Made by a program: the position numbers and the translations under genes. The notes under the pieces were generated by a model. The model made no database searches. It saw nothing but the letters and a program-made list of their open reading frames with translations, and was not told the origin of the DNA. From Bolinopsis microptera (Eukaryota), in the NCBI RefSeq assembly GCF_026151205.1, contig NC_087076.1, positions 16,453,142-16,517,141 on the forward strand: a stretch of 64,000 nt of DNA. Direction: 5' to 3'. Positions 52,138 through 64,000 of this stretch are shown here, piece by piece (the first letter of the stretch is position 1; the number at the start of each line of letters is the position of its first letter).

Positions 52138-52970
52138 TTGGCCCGGCGCGCGCTACTTCGTAGCTCTTGCCATTACATTTCGAGAAGAAAGCGGCGCGCG
52201 CTACTTCGAAGAAATTTAGACGAGTAACATCCGTCAAATTATAATTGCATTGATCAAATAATAATTCGATATTTCTGATTTCATTGTTCGTTCATTGTTC
52301 ATATGTCATACATTCATTAAAAATTTCGCCGCCGCGGTTAAACCACGCACGATCCATTTTCCTTACGATGTACTTGTAGCATTAATTTTTTTGAGTGAAA
52401 AGTGTTACAGGAAAAAGGTGCAACATATTTAAATATTAAATTTTTATTAATGAGTGGGATTCGTGCATGGTATGGTAAAAATTGACGATTTATTTGACCA
52501 ATGTAACGCCGCGCATCAACAATAAATTGATCCAGAAAATTGCGGAAAATAACTTTGCGAAGGAGGAACTTCACTGTAATTAATTGACACAGGGCTTGTC
52601 CATTATTGTATATCACGTCGTGACTCCCACTGTCGTTTCACACCCCACGGCCACTGTAAAGTTTATATTAACGGGTGATACTCGTAAAATATCTGTTTCA
52701 ACTCGGCGCGCGTCCTGGTAGGTTGTAAACCTACAAAGTTTATACGATACAGGGGAGCCGCGCACTCGTACTTGACGGATGTTACTCGTCTAAATTTCTT
52801 CGAAGTAGCGCGCGCTGCTTTCTTCTCGAAATGGCTTGACGGATGTTACTCGTCTAAATTTCTTCGAAGTAGCGCGCGCCGCTTTCTTTTCGAAATGTTA
52901 TGGCACGAGCTACGAAGAAATGGCCCGACCGCGGCAAGTGCTAAGAAGTAGCGCGCGCCGGGCCAGACCA
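52138..52970. mobile_element. Foldback/MITE-like element. Arms of about 100 bp are inverted repeats rich in GGCGCGCGCTACTTCG (52138-52237 versus 52843-52970). There is an internal 55-bp tandem duplication (52786-52841) and a solo motif copy at 53045-53070
   Basis: The reverse complement of 52138-52237 matches 52843-52945 with few mismatches. Seen directly. Confidence 0.6.
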
Positions 52971-54319
52971 TTAACTTAATGGTCAAACTCGTACGCGGCG
53001 GGTCATACAATGTAAAACAAGTCCATTGTTAATATATATAATTGATTAGTCCGGCGCGCGCTACTTCGTGTTGTGAAACAAGCACGTCACGCAGTACGCG
53101 TAGACACATGGCTTTGTGAACATTGAAGTAATTGCTTTCAAACTCTATCATCTATGAATCGATATCATTAATCGTTTACACTGTATTTTGAATCAATATA
53201 TACATTTTTATAGTTGATAATATCACCAATTACAAATTACTTCGAATACTTTTGAAAGAAAATAACAATTAGCTCAATTTCATAACGCTACTGTCGTATT
53301 CCTCCGTAAAAAGTGCACAATTAATTGCTCTATCCAGAGCCCTTGCGCTTGCAGGCGTGCGCTTGCCTCCCGAAAGCACATGGTTAGGTGAACACAATTA
53401 ATAAAGTTATAATACTATTTAATACGTACCAGATTAAATGTGTTTTCAATCGAGATGATATGAGAAATATAGCGCGCTTATTTAATTTTAAATTCTTAAC
53501 TTTAAAATTGAAAATGATGATCGTACTTTGTATGAAATTATAATCAGGGCAATATGCTGCGTTTACTATACTCAAATAATGTTTAATTCTCCTATCTCCA
53601 TCCAACCCTCAAATATATAAAAATAATTTCAAGTTTCAGAAATTTAAACTGAACGTGTGCCGCGCGTATTAATTACACTGACTGTAAAATTCAAGCGTTC
53701 CAGCACATCATAAAGCAATGAAAGGCATTAGTTTGGTTAAATCAAAAATTATGGCAGCTAAGGTCTAAACTTTTTATTAAGGGGATCATGTTCGGGAATC
53801 ACATTTGGGAATCACGTTCGTGTACTGATTGCAAAGTTTGGCAAAGTTGGTTATAAGTTTAAAATGACAACTAGTGGCACTCAAATGCTGCAGATACAAA
53901 ATATCCTTTAAAAGCTCGTTGTGTTGGTTTTTCAGACGTATCTATCTGAACTAAAGCTACACATAACGCCTCGTTTCCAGACAATGGATCTTTTGTAAGG
54001 ACATCCTTCAGTACTGTTTCATTGAAAGTTCCTTGTTTCATTGAGTACAAACTAATGAAGTGAACATTAGCAATTAGTCAAATATCAATTTTATGAATTG
54101 CATTGGAGTGTACTGGAAAACGGATTGAATTATGAATTATGACTACTTGCATTAAGTTCTATAGTTCTGAGGTGTCTTGGTCACATGATTTGGATTTTTT
54201 CCTTTTCCAGACATTGAAAAAGAGCTATAGATGTTAGTGTTTAAGAATTAAGACTGCAATGATAATAAGCTTCATTACAACAATGTCTGTTGCATTCTAG
54301 AATCCGGAGTCAGCTTTGA

Positions 54320-55630
54320 TGGTTTTATATTGACCATGGTGCAGGTGTTACAAACCATTATTGGGCAGTTAGCCACTGCAAACTTGGACACTTCATACTG
54401 TTTGCAGATGACACGAACATATTTGTTGCTGGAAAAACTGAACAAGAAGCCTATTTGAATGCTAATAAAGTACTTGAATCTGTAAATGACTATATGGAAT
54501 CTAACTTGCTGCACATTAACCAAAGCAAATCGGTCTACATGTTATTCAGACCTGGCCGGTACTCGTCCTGTGCACGTGCTCGTGAATATGGCTCTGAGAA
54601 CTCACTCACGTTATCAGGCAACACGCTTACACGAGTAGATAAAGTGAGATTCCTTGGTGTTATCATAGACCATGAACTATCCTGGGAACCCCAACTAGAT
54701 AACATAAAAAGTAAACTAACTACAAGTATAGCTATAATTAAACGTATTATGAAGTTTATTCCAGAAACAGAGTACCATAAGCTGTATGACTCCTTATTCA
54801 AGTCTCATATGAGCTACTGTATCAGTAGCTGGGGTGGTGTCACACCTTATAGACTATCTAAACTGTTCTCCATCCAAAAAAGATGTGTACGCCTTCTATT
54901 TGGAAGCAAACCAAGCTTTGACCGGGCAGAGTATTATGAAACATGTGCACGTGCAAGACCATACAGTGAACACATCGCAAAAAGGAGCTTTGCTTTGGAA
55001 AACACTAAGCCAATATTCAATACCGAGAAAATCATGTCAATCCACAACCTGTACACCCAACATATATCCACTGAACTGTTTAAAATCTTGAAACTGCATC
55101 AACCTATCTCTCTGACAAGTTTATTCCAAACAAGTTCCAGAGCATGTAGCCAAACTATGCGGGTCCCCCGACACAAACTTGAAATTTCTAAACACAATTT
55201 TGTCTTCAAAGGTACGACTATATGGAACAGTTTGGTTGATAAAATATTCGACAAATGCACTCCTAATGAAAACAATGTCATGGTCCCTGGCTCTAGTAAA
55301 TTTTCCGACCTTTCCTCCCCCATCTCAATTATCAAGAGCCGTATCAAAAAGCTCTTACTTGAAACCCAGCAATTGACAACACCTGGGCGTGAAATTGAGT
55401 GGCTCCCCCTAAATAGCTGGGGCATTGAACCAGCTTAGTCAATCAGCATCCCATCCCTTGCATACAACTAATTACAAAAGCGCTAATTATACCTGTTTCA
55501 AAAGCATCCTGTCTGGAAGTTCCCTGACTGCCGTGTGAATCTTTGGATCTATTTTTGGATCTATTTTTATATTGATATGATTTTTATATACCTATATAAA
55601 AAAAAAAAAAAAAAAAAAAAAAATATACCT
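54320..55630 (+). mobile_element. 5'-truncated LINE copy: the C-terminal half of ORF2 (RT thumb and C-terminal domain, ORF 54455-55438), a 3'UTR and an A25 tract at 55600-55625. Same clade as the 953-4096 element
   Basis: FADDTNIFVAGKTEQEAYLNANKVLESVNDYMESNLLHINQSKSVYMLF aligns with FADDTNIFVAAETKEQAYKIANEILDSVCQYMRHNLLHINVKKSCYMYF of the first copy. The sequence becomes non-RT upstream of about 54320. Confidence 0.75.
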
Positions 55631-56913
55631 ACCTATATATTCCTCGCATAATCTCCATGTCCGCCTGAACAAACCTGGCACCATCAAATCTTACTCTAGA
55701 AACCCCAGAACTCATCAAGCCTAGTCTGAATTCAAAACTAGTTGACCAGCTACGTACAGTTTCCTGGACAGCTGGAACCTTTTGGGCCATGCACAAGCCA
55801 ATAGCATGTATGGTCCTGCAGTGGGGTCTCCTTGTCCTTGGATCTGTGTTTTGATCCGTCTTTTCTTAAAATTTTCCATTTGTGTCACTTAGAATCACCT
55901 TTTAAAATGTTAATCGACACCACTGGTCCTAGTTAAATTTAGCCATGGCACGACTACTCGAACGTAACAGTTAAATAGGTGTGACATACTATTATATTCT
56001 TATAATTATATCATATGAATTGATTGCACTGCTAATAAATAAAATACTTTGTTTTACTAAAAATACTTTGTTTTACTGCAAATCACAGTAAATTGCCTGC
56101 TCACTTCTGGGTATAGCATCCTTGGTGGATGCTGGGGTGGACATGTTAGTGGAAAAGTGATGGTGGGGAACAATTTTTTGTAGATGTTGAAAGTGCAAAC
56201 ATTCTTGTTTGCCTTCCAAGATCTAAGCAAAGTGGCCAGTGGGCAAGACTTTTTCTTTGGTGCTCATAGAGATGTTTAATCTTATTAAGCAAATGTGGAT
56301 TGTGTACCACATTTTAGGCTGAAATTATTTCAGCTACAGCAACAGATCCAACCATAGGTACTGTCCGAAAGTACTACTTTGGCAGGCTTGGTGTGGTTTG
56401 ATTGTTCAACTTACTCGGCACATTTCTTGTGAGTAAATTTTCGTTACATCTTCGTTCAGATGCACAGCTTTCAAATAACGAATAAATAAATTGTGTGCTG
56501 CATCTTTCCTAAGTTCTTTCGAGATTTTTGGGGTGTATTTCAATGCCCCAATACCCTAAGGTACTTGAAACCTTCTATTTGTCAAAAGTAGCATGTTCTC
56601 AGCTCAATACAATTTATAATAATCTGGACTTCTTAATTTTACTTACCCATGGCCCTTTGGCTGAAAGGGACTTTCAAATCTAAATTTTTTTAATGAGTTT
56701 TAAAATGTATGCCCCTTGCCCCAGCCCAAATTTACTGTAAATCGGCCAGGGTTTGCAGAATATTATGTTTCCCTTACTTTTACTTTTCATTCTTGTCTAG
56801 TTTTAGTTATTAAAATTGTTCAGTGTAAGTTTAGTTTAGTTCAGTGTTAAATTTGTGGTTAATTGGTAAATATGGTCATTTGATCAATAATTGTTTACTC
56901 TTTTAGGTTAATC

Positions 56914-57738
56914 ATGGGGACCTCTTTTGAGTCGAGTAGTGCTGTTTTCATTCTCCCAGAGAACTCATCTAGATCAGAGGGACAGATACTAAAATTGAAG
57001 CACCCTAAAGATAATCAAACCTGTCTTGCATACCTAAGTTTGGAATCTAAATCGCTGAATGAACTATTATATCTAAAAGAAAAGCATGTTTCATGGTTTG
57101 TTGGTGATCATGTTCTTGGAGATACTAAGCTAAGTATAGGGACCCCACTTGATCCAACATTTATGATTATTCCTTACCTCCTCAAAAACGTGGACAAATA
57201 TTCTCCATTGGGTCAAATTCTTGTTGATGAAAAATATCCATCTGCAATACATTTAGAAGATCTTTTGTCAGAATCCGACCTCTCACTCGTTGCAGACATT
57301 AAACCATCACTAGATAAAATCATCAAATTCAACAAAGAAAAAACATTGAACTGGCTATCTGGCAAGGTAAGTAAAGTTGCTTCAGCTATGAAGAAATGTG
57401 GTATCTCTCCTGGATTTAACTCAACTCTATCAGACGAAGAATACACAAGGTATGCTTGTGGAATTGTTTCAGATTATATAAATTCGTCTTTGTCAGTAGA
57501 TTTACAGGACAGGCTCGGGATCCAGCTGAGTGTTGATAACAGTGAGTGTGAAAAACCCGCCAAGAAACCAAAACTGAGCAGTACAAATGATCATGATGCT
57601 TGTAAGCCTGCTAAAAATTCAGTTCCAAAAGGAAAAGAAAAGGCTCCAAAACGTAAAGCCCAAAAACAGTTAGCTCCTGTCAATACCAAAGGAATGAAAT
57701 CCATGTCTTCATTTTTCAAAAAAGTGGAAACAAAATGA
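56914..57738 (+). CDS. RNASEH2B: Ribonuclease H2 subunit B homologue, encoded as a single uninterrupted 274-aa exon
   Basis: Window segments with human RNASEH2B counterparts in parentheses: HVSWFVGDHV (HHSWFINQSV); TPLDPTFMIIPYL (TPVDPLFLLLHYL); FNKEKTLNWLSGKV (YSKEKTLKWLEKKV); YTRYACGIVSDYI (YIRYAHGLISDYI); KGMKSMSSFF (KSGMKSIDTFF). True ATG at 56914. Confidence 0.75.
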   Translation: MGTSFESSSAVFILPENSSRSEGQILKLKHPKDNQTCLAYLSLESKSLNELLYLKEKHVSWFVGDHVLGDTKLSIGTPLDPTFMIIPYLLKNVDKYSPLGQILVDEKYPSAIHLEDLLSESDLSLVADIKPSLDKIIKFNKEKTLNWLSGKVSKVASAMKKCGISPGFNSTLSDEEYTRYACGIVSDYINSSLSVDLQDRLGIQLSVDNSECEKPAKKPKLSSTNDHDACKPAKNSVPKGKEKAPKRKAQKQLAPVNTKGMKSMSSFFKKVETK

Positions 57739-58385
57739 TGCAGCGATTCTGAACTATGATATAAATTATGATCTGATAAAGTATTGTGTAACGTGTTTCA
57801 ATTCAGTTCTTTTTTTAAGTGACTGAAATAACTAATTTAACTTTATGCAAAGTTAATTTCAATATATAAATTGACATTTTTAATATTTTTATTAGATGCA
57901 AATAGCATTTTTTATTTGATATGATATGTTTCTGAATATTTTAATATTGTGAAAAAATATTAGATATTTTATATTGTGTTTGTTCAGAGATCATTTACAT
58001 ATTACGTAAGCCACATTTTAAAGCTTCCTTTCCTCTCCACAAGCCTTTAAGTAATATGTAAATGATCCCTAATGAAATATGTATTCAGGTTTATCTCACA
58101 ATTTATTAAACTGCAGCTGTTCTCAATATAAACAAAATCATTCATATTTGTATCGTTCAATTGCCTCGAAAAGCTTTTGTATGTAATGTTGTTGATACTT
58201 GAGACAGTGAAAGTTCTCATCTAGTGTTAAATTACTTCACAGTCTACATCCAGACCTTGTGTTCCGTTGTGCTCTGTAGTGTGTATGTTTGACATGAACT
58301 CAACAATAAACATGTGGTCATGAATATGCTAGTCATTAATAATAAATTATCATTTTAGGCCAGAAAGGTTCACGGAGTGCAGTCA

Positions 58386-61300
58386 TGACATCGGCTTTTG
58401 GTAAGTCAACTTATATTCTCTCAATAAACCTCGTTGTTGTTGTTAGTTTTAATTTGGCTGGCATTAAGAGTGCACGTCTTGTTCAATTCCAGCTGGTGAG
58501 TTTGTAGCTTCATCCTAACAATTGCTTCTCTTACAGATGACGACGACTTCAGGGGTAACTTCATCAATGTCAACGAATTTGAAGATGATGACGATGATGT
58601 GATGGTTAGTGATTTCTCAAGTTTTCTTTCTTGTAGTCAGATTAACAAGGACCACACTTACCTTAATCTAACACATATGGAGAGGCTGTAAATATATGAC
58701 AGTAAATATAGTACATTATATGACATATAATGCTTTTGGACACGAAGGGAAACACACAACGTAAGGCTTGAAAAAGTTGAAATCTTCGTAAAACTACATC
58801 ATAAGAGCCTGTAAAAACATTTAACTTTAAGATAAGCACTCTATCAAGTTAAATTCATATATAATCATCATAGTTTATTAACTCAAACGTAAAAATTTTA
58901 ACGAAGGCAAAATTTAATCAGTCAAAATTCGTTATATGACATATGTAGCACCAAGTTTCAAGCAAACTCAAAACACTTTCCAATGTGCTTTGACAAAATA
59001 TTGGCCACACGTAACTGCTTAACTGAAAATAAACATGCTCATCTGTACACAGGATAACTGGGAAGATGTTCTTGACGAAGAAGAAGAGGCAGAGAAGAAA
59101 AAGAAAGAGAAAGAAGCTGAGGAAGAAAGAAGTGAGTTGTGTGACTACATATCATCAATCATCATATTGAAGTGACACTGCCTTTTCAGTTTTTTACTAC
59201 ATAGATCAACAGATCAATGGTAATTTTATCTCGAGCTATAACACATTATTGTTCCCAGAGAAAAAGGAACGTGATGAGAAGGTAGCTAAGAGGGCGGCTG
59301 AGAAAGCAAAACAGGAGGAGATCCAAAGATTAATGAACGCAAAACCTTTGTCTAAAGAAGAGCAGGAAAAGTAAACGCTTAGATATTTTAGAATTTGTAA
59401 AGCACACACATTTTCTCAACCATCATATTTGAGTTTTTTGTGTAAAAGTGAAACAAATTCTACATATTATTATGGAGCCAAAGTGTGGACTGGCTACACC
59501 TGGTTAAAACACTGCCATACTATGTAAGATCTTTCTGGAACAATGTAGTGCCCAAAACAGTATCATCAGTCTTGGGACAACCTAACTTCCAGGTAGGCTG
59601 ATTACCATCTATAGAAGGATAGCAGAAGCTAAGAGTCCCAGAATATTGTACATTAGTGTGAATGTGAAATTGGCTGAAATAGTGAATAAAACACGCACGT
59701 GTACCGTCTAGTGTGTAAAATCTAGCACCACTTCCAAATATAATTTCCTATGAATCTATGAACATGGTTTCTTTTATTGAGCAATGTTGATGCTAAACCC
59801 ACCGACTAAATTCAGTCGCTATACCGCCTGTACAATAACCTCTAGTAATAAGTAGATCATATGCATGTCTGTGTCAACGTGGTCACTGGTCCCTGTAAAG
59901 GGTTTGTGTAGTTCACTTCTCCCTGGTCCCTGTAAAGGGTTTGTGTAGTTCACTTCTCCCTGGTCCCTGTAAAGGGTTTGTGTAGTTGACTTCTCCCTGG
60001 TCACTGTAAAGGGTTTGTGTAGTTGACTTCTCCCTGGTCACTGTGAAGGGTTTGTGTAGTTGACTTCTCCCTGGTCCCTGTAAAGGGTTTGTGTAGTTCA
60101 CTTCTCCCTGGTCCCTGTAAAGGGTTTGTGTAGTTCACTTCTCCCTGGTCCCTGTAAAGGGTTTGTGTAGTTGACTTCTCCCTGGTTCCTGTAAATGGTT
60201 TGTGTAGTTGACCTCTCCCTGGTCCCTGTAAAGGGTTTGTGTAGTTCACTTCTCCCTGGTCCCTGTAAAGGGTTTGTGTAGTTCACTTCTCCCTGGTCCC
60301 TGTAAAGGGTTTGTGTAGTTGACTTCTCCCTGGTCCCTGTAAAGGGTTTGTGTAGTTGACTTCTCCCTGGTCCCTGTAAAGGGTTTGTGTAGTTCACTTC
60401 TCCCTGGTCCCTGTAAAGGGTTTGTGTAGTTGACTTCTCCCTGGTCCCTGTAAAGGGTTTGTGTAGTTGACTTCTCCCTGGCCACTGTAAAGGGTTTGTG
60501 TAGTTCACTTCTCCCTGGCCACTGTAAAGGGTTTGTGTAGTTCACTTCTCCCTGGTCCCTGTAAAGGGTTTGTGTAGTTGACTTCTCCCTGGTCCCTGTA
60601 AAGGGTTTGTGTAGTTCACTTCTCCCTGGTCCCTGTAAAGGGTTTGTGTAGTTCACTTCTCCCTGGTCCCTGTAAAGGGTTTGTGTAGTTCACTTCTCCC
60701 TGGTCCCTGTAAAGGGTTTGTGTAGTTGACTTCTCCCTGGTCCCTGTAAAGGGTTTGTGTAGTTGACTTCTCCCTGGTCCCTGTAATGGGTTTGTGTAGT
60801 TCACTTCTCCCTGGTCCCTGTAAAGGGTTTGTGTAGTTCACTTCTCCCTGGCCACTGTAAAGGGTTTGTGTAGTTCACTTCTCCCTGGTCCCTGTAAAGG
60901 GTTTGTGTAGTTCACTTCTCCCTGGTCCCTGTAATGGGTTTGTGTAGTTCACTTCTCCCTGGTCCCTGTAAAGGGTTTGTGTAGTTCACTTCTCCCTGGT
61001 CACTGCAGCCCAAGGCCAAGGTTGGATCACACGGAACCTGTGAACCTACAAATCTTTAGAAATATAATGTTAAGAACGTTTAGCTTCCTTAACTGTGTCT
61101 CATCCTTCAGCTTTAAAAAAAAGCCAGCTACTGAGATAAGTATAATAATCACTTATCATAGACAACTGAAATAAAATAGTACTCGAATACATTGAATTAC
61201 TAGTAATTGACGAGTTGGCTGGATCGGATTTGATGTTCGAAATGTAATTGTAGATTTGGATCTGTATTTGATCGAAATAATTAAGTTCCAACTATTTAAA

Positions 61301-62810
61301 TCCCCAATGAAAACCACTAATAAATTCTGCTGTCTCCCATTTGCTCTGTTAAATAACCATTTAACATTTCAGAGCTCAATTGAAAGCAGCGGAAGATGCC
61401 GCAAACGACTTATTTGGATTTGAAAACGATAGACCGTCAGAATCTATGGTAGCATCATTAGTTACGTCAACTGCAGGCATATCTCTCAATAATCCCGACT
61501 CCGTTGATACCTACGTGCCTGTCGATCCAGAAGATTTTGCCGAACTTTCCAGAAGAATCGCTAAAAAGTTAAAGAATTATCAGGTGAATCTCAAATCTTA
61601 GACTACATGAATCTGAGTTACCCTTTTTCTTTCATATCTTATCTCCATGATTCACAAAATCTCAGATCTTCTTGCATCTTTTATCTTTCGATTCTGACTA
61701 ACCTTGTTTGTTTTCAGACTGACGATGGTTATATCAGCTTTATCAGAGATTTAGTTCCAGATCTCTGTTCAGAAAGTGAGTCTGTCATTATAATCTACTT
61801 ATATCTTTATATCTAACTTTATTACTCAGCGAGACTATCATACTACTGGATTGTCACCAATTTGACCTAGTAATGATCTAATGAACACCAACATGATTTT
61901 ATATATAATTTGAATATCTAGACTCTAGAGGTTTCAATTTTTGTAGAAAGTTGAGGTGTATTAAGAGCCGTTGGTCCGGTCGAGTGAGCTCAAAAGGGGT
62001 CTTGGGGTCAAATCTCGTTTACTTTAGAAAAAAAGTTTATTTCAGAGAATTTTCGGGAATTTTAGTGTAGTATCTTAGAAATCACTTTAAGGGATGTATC
62101 TCCAAGGTCTTTCATAACTGTCTATTCTCTTGCAATTTGAGATCACCAACGTCCAAACCATGACGTAATAGTATTGCTCAACAGAAATATGCTTTCTTAT
62201 TACTAGTAAGATTTACGTGTAGAAAGAAATTTTTTGTCAATGTTGGCATTTGTAATGCGCGGCGTCATTGATCCGATTCAATCTAGATTAGAAATATTCA
62301 CTGTTCAGGTTGGTATCACGATTCACGTGGGCGTTGTCCTATGCGATATTGTGTTGGAATACCAGTGAGCAACACTTATTTTACCATCAAACGTCAATCC
62401 GAACTTTTTTCAGTGACGAGCGATGATATTAAAAAGATTTCGAATCCTCTAGTTACCCTTACACACGATAAATCGCGGCAGGAAAAAGAAGTGAGTATTT
62501 TGCGTTTTTATTTCCGAAATACATTCTTAAGATACTATCTATCCAAGGTATTTGTCACTCAGACCATGTACTACACGTTTTTCTCGACGTGAAATATCGA
62601 ATCTACATATGGAACTATAAGTATAAACCATGTACTTGACTTCACTTTATGTCACCCTCAGGCTAAAAAGTTGGCACAGCAAGCTTCTTCTAAGAAGACC
62701 AGTCTTAAAGTACAGAAAAAGCAAACTGACACACGTTCAGACTTTTTGTTGAACGAATACAAGGATATGGGTAACTACGATGACTTTGATGACCTGGACG
62801 ATTTCATGTG
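58386..62810 (+). CDS. EIF3J: Eukaryotic translation initiation factor 3 subunit J homologue, at least 9 exons (span includes introns). Exons at about 58386-58401, 58537-58605, 59054-59129, 59260-59373, 61373-61586, 61728-61785, 62411-62490 and 62663-62810
   Basis: Acidic N-terminus with W motifs (DNWEDVLDEEEE). Lys/Glu-rich coiled coil. C-terminal …LNEYKDMGNYDDFDDLDDFM*, compared with human …DYEDFM*. Canonical gtaagt/gtgagt donors and (t)ncag acceptors; phase 1 was verified at the first junction. Confidence 0.75.
59879..61006. repeat. Minisatellite: about 30 tandem copies of a 37-bp unit (GGTCCCTGTAAAGGGTTTGTGTAGTTSACTTCTCCCT), within an EIF3J intron
   Basis: Seen directly. The minus-strand ORFs at 59819-60841 (NYTNPLQGPGRSELHKPFTGTREKSTTQTLYRDQGEV repeats) are artefacts of the 111-bp (3x37) periodicity. 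Confidence 0.9.
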
Positions 62811-64000
62811 ACGAGCTTTAGATAATTTTAGGGATCTTTTGTAGAATGAAATTATGTGATTTTCATTTGGGGTTAAACCTGGGTTAAATTGGAATCGAAC
62901 CGTGATTTGTAATAGCAACTTGTTACATGATTTACGGGTAATAACAGATGTCGTCCTTAAGCGTGTCCAATCCTAAAACAGCGAAGACCTCTGAAACTTT
63001 TTAGTACTTTCAATACTTTTAACACCTCTGTGGACTGTGTTACTTCCGACAAGGTGGCCTCGGTGAACATTACTACAGTGTTGAGTTGGTGAATGCAATT
63101 TGGTTTCTTCTTCAATGTATCATTGATAATTTGGTTTTTGACTATTTGAATCTTATTTTTTAAAGTTTTCAGGTTCAAAATGTTAAACGAGATTGATCTG
63201 TGAAAACTATCTTAAAGTTTCTACTATATTTGCTTGTCCTTATTTTAACTTATAAACTTGCCCAATTTTGGTTGTAGACGAAAGAAATAATAGGCTGTTT
63301 TGGTTTCGAAACAAATTGATCTCCATTGATATTGTTATCTTACAACATGATTATGATAACAAGCATATAAAATCGCTACAAACAATCAAGCTACAAACAT
63401 AAAAAGCAATGTTGGAGTAATAGGTTGGGAGTGAGGCCTTTCTAAAGTCTGGATATACCAGATATCAGCCGAAAGTTGTCCGGCCTTGGTCGTGAAAATA
63501 AGTTAGGACCGGAAAAAAGGCTGCTCTCCGGAACTTAAGCCCGTTAATATCAGATAAATTGTATTCGCCGAATCGATACATATTAGTCAATAAATTAAAT
63601 GTGTAAGAATAAAAAATACTGCAATAATAATTAATAAACATCTCGCGATGGCCACGAGTTGCCAAGTTCTGATTATAATTTCTAATCCTAAAATTGTAAA
63701 TTTATTACATCACAAACAAATATCAGCCAGGCAGGTGACTGCAAAACATCGATTCATTAACCAGAAAACTGCATCCTCACTTTATTCGTGACATTTCCAA
63801 TCTCGAAAGTAAATATAAATTTCAATACAGTATTAAGAAGGAGTTTATAATTTCCATCTTATATGAGCCAATAATACGCAGCTGAGTGCCAAAATTATCC
63901 GTCGAATCGATACCTTACATGGCTCTAATAATAACAATACCTGACCCTGAATACCTGCTCGTGTTCAGGGGTGATAATAACAACAGAGCCTGAGAGATCT

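Noticed and set aside
59819-60841. Series of minus-strand ORFs encoding repeated NYTNPLQGPGRSELHKPFTGTREKSTTQTLYRDQGEV
   Set aside because: A product of the 37-bp minisatellite, through its 111-bp = 37-aa periodicity; these are intronic, with no splice or start context.
62860-62960. Possible minus-strand tRNA, because GGAATCGAACC is the reverse complement of a GGTTCGATTCC T-loop
   Set aside because: The flanks do not form a T-stem or an acceptor stem and no cloverleaf can be drawn, so this is a chance match in the EIF3J 3' region.

Overview
This window is eukaryotic (metazoan-type) nuclear DNA, not prokaryotic. It contains intron-bearing genes with GT/AG splice junctions, non-LTR retrotransposons, a Penelope-like element fragment, MITE and foldback repeats, and micro- and minisatellites. 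There are no operons, CRISPR arrays or rRNA/tRNA genes. The species cannot be determined from the sequence; the PARP4-type and Penelope-like content fits a marine invertebrate or lower deuterostome.

Layout from 5' to 3':
- 1-8300: a nest of three LINE copies. A minus-strand RT fragment occupies 1-958. A plus-strand endonuclease+RT ORF2 runs 953-4096. A minus-strand LINE with a zinc-finger ORF1 plus the endonuclease part of ORF2 lies at 5012-8025.
- 8311-8700 (-): a Penelope-like GIY-YIG endonuclease remnant.
- 9619-11132 and 21175-23166: two direct copies of a previously unnoticed composite repeat. Each has a hairpin module, a strand-pure pyrimidine minisatellite, inverted GTCCGCCAATGTCC arrays and a poly-C tail. 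Together they bracket roughly 10 kb.
- 11364-15710 (+): a 1448-aa intronless ORF with VPS8/CORVET-like architecture (WD40, solenoid, RING-H2, NPF-rich tail).
- 16.4-19.7 kb (+): an unidentified multi-exon gene. Its introns contain a 955-bp hAT-like MITE (17302-18272, 8-bp TSD) and a 94-bp-arm palindrome (19132-19349).
- 24008 to about 31565 (+): a multi-exon PARP4 (vault PARP) gene with BRCT, PARP catalytic, VIT and vWA domains. It probably continues into exons at 31859-33851 that encode two tandem actin-N-terminus-like modules and a poly-proline tract. This is the most unusual coding feature in the window.
- 34.3-35.6 kb: a candidate non-autonomous DNA transposon carrying a FLYWCH-like ORF.
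- 37.3-40.0 kb (+): an unidentified gene with a (TC)n microsatellite in an intron.
- 42741-44265 (+): a UDP-glycosyltransferase gene with an apparent frameshift.
- 49280-50799 (-): a MEX3-type two-KH-domain gene.
- 52138-52970: a foldback element.
- 54320-55438 (+): a 5'-truncated LINE RT copy.
- 56914-57738 (+): a single-exon RNASEH2B homologue.
- 58386-62810 (+): a multi-exon EIF3J homologue with a 37-bp minisatellite in an intron.

The ORF track marks some non-ATG codons (TTG, for example) as M, so start codons were checked by eye where it mattered.
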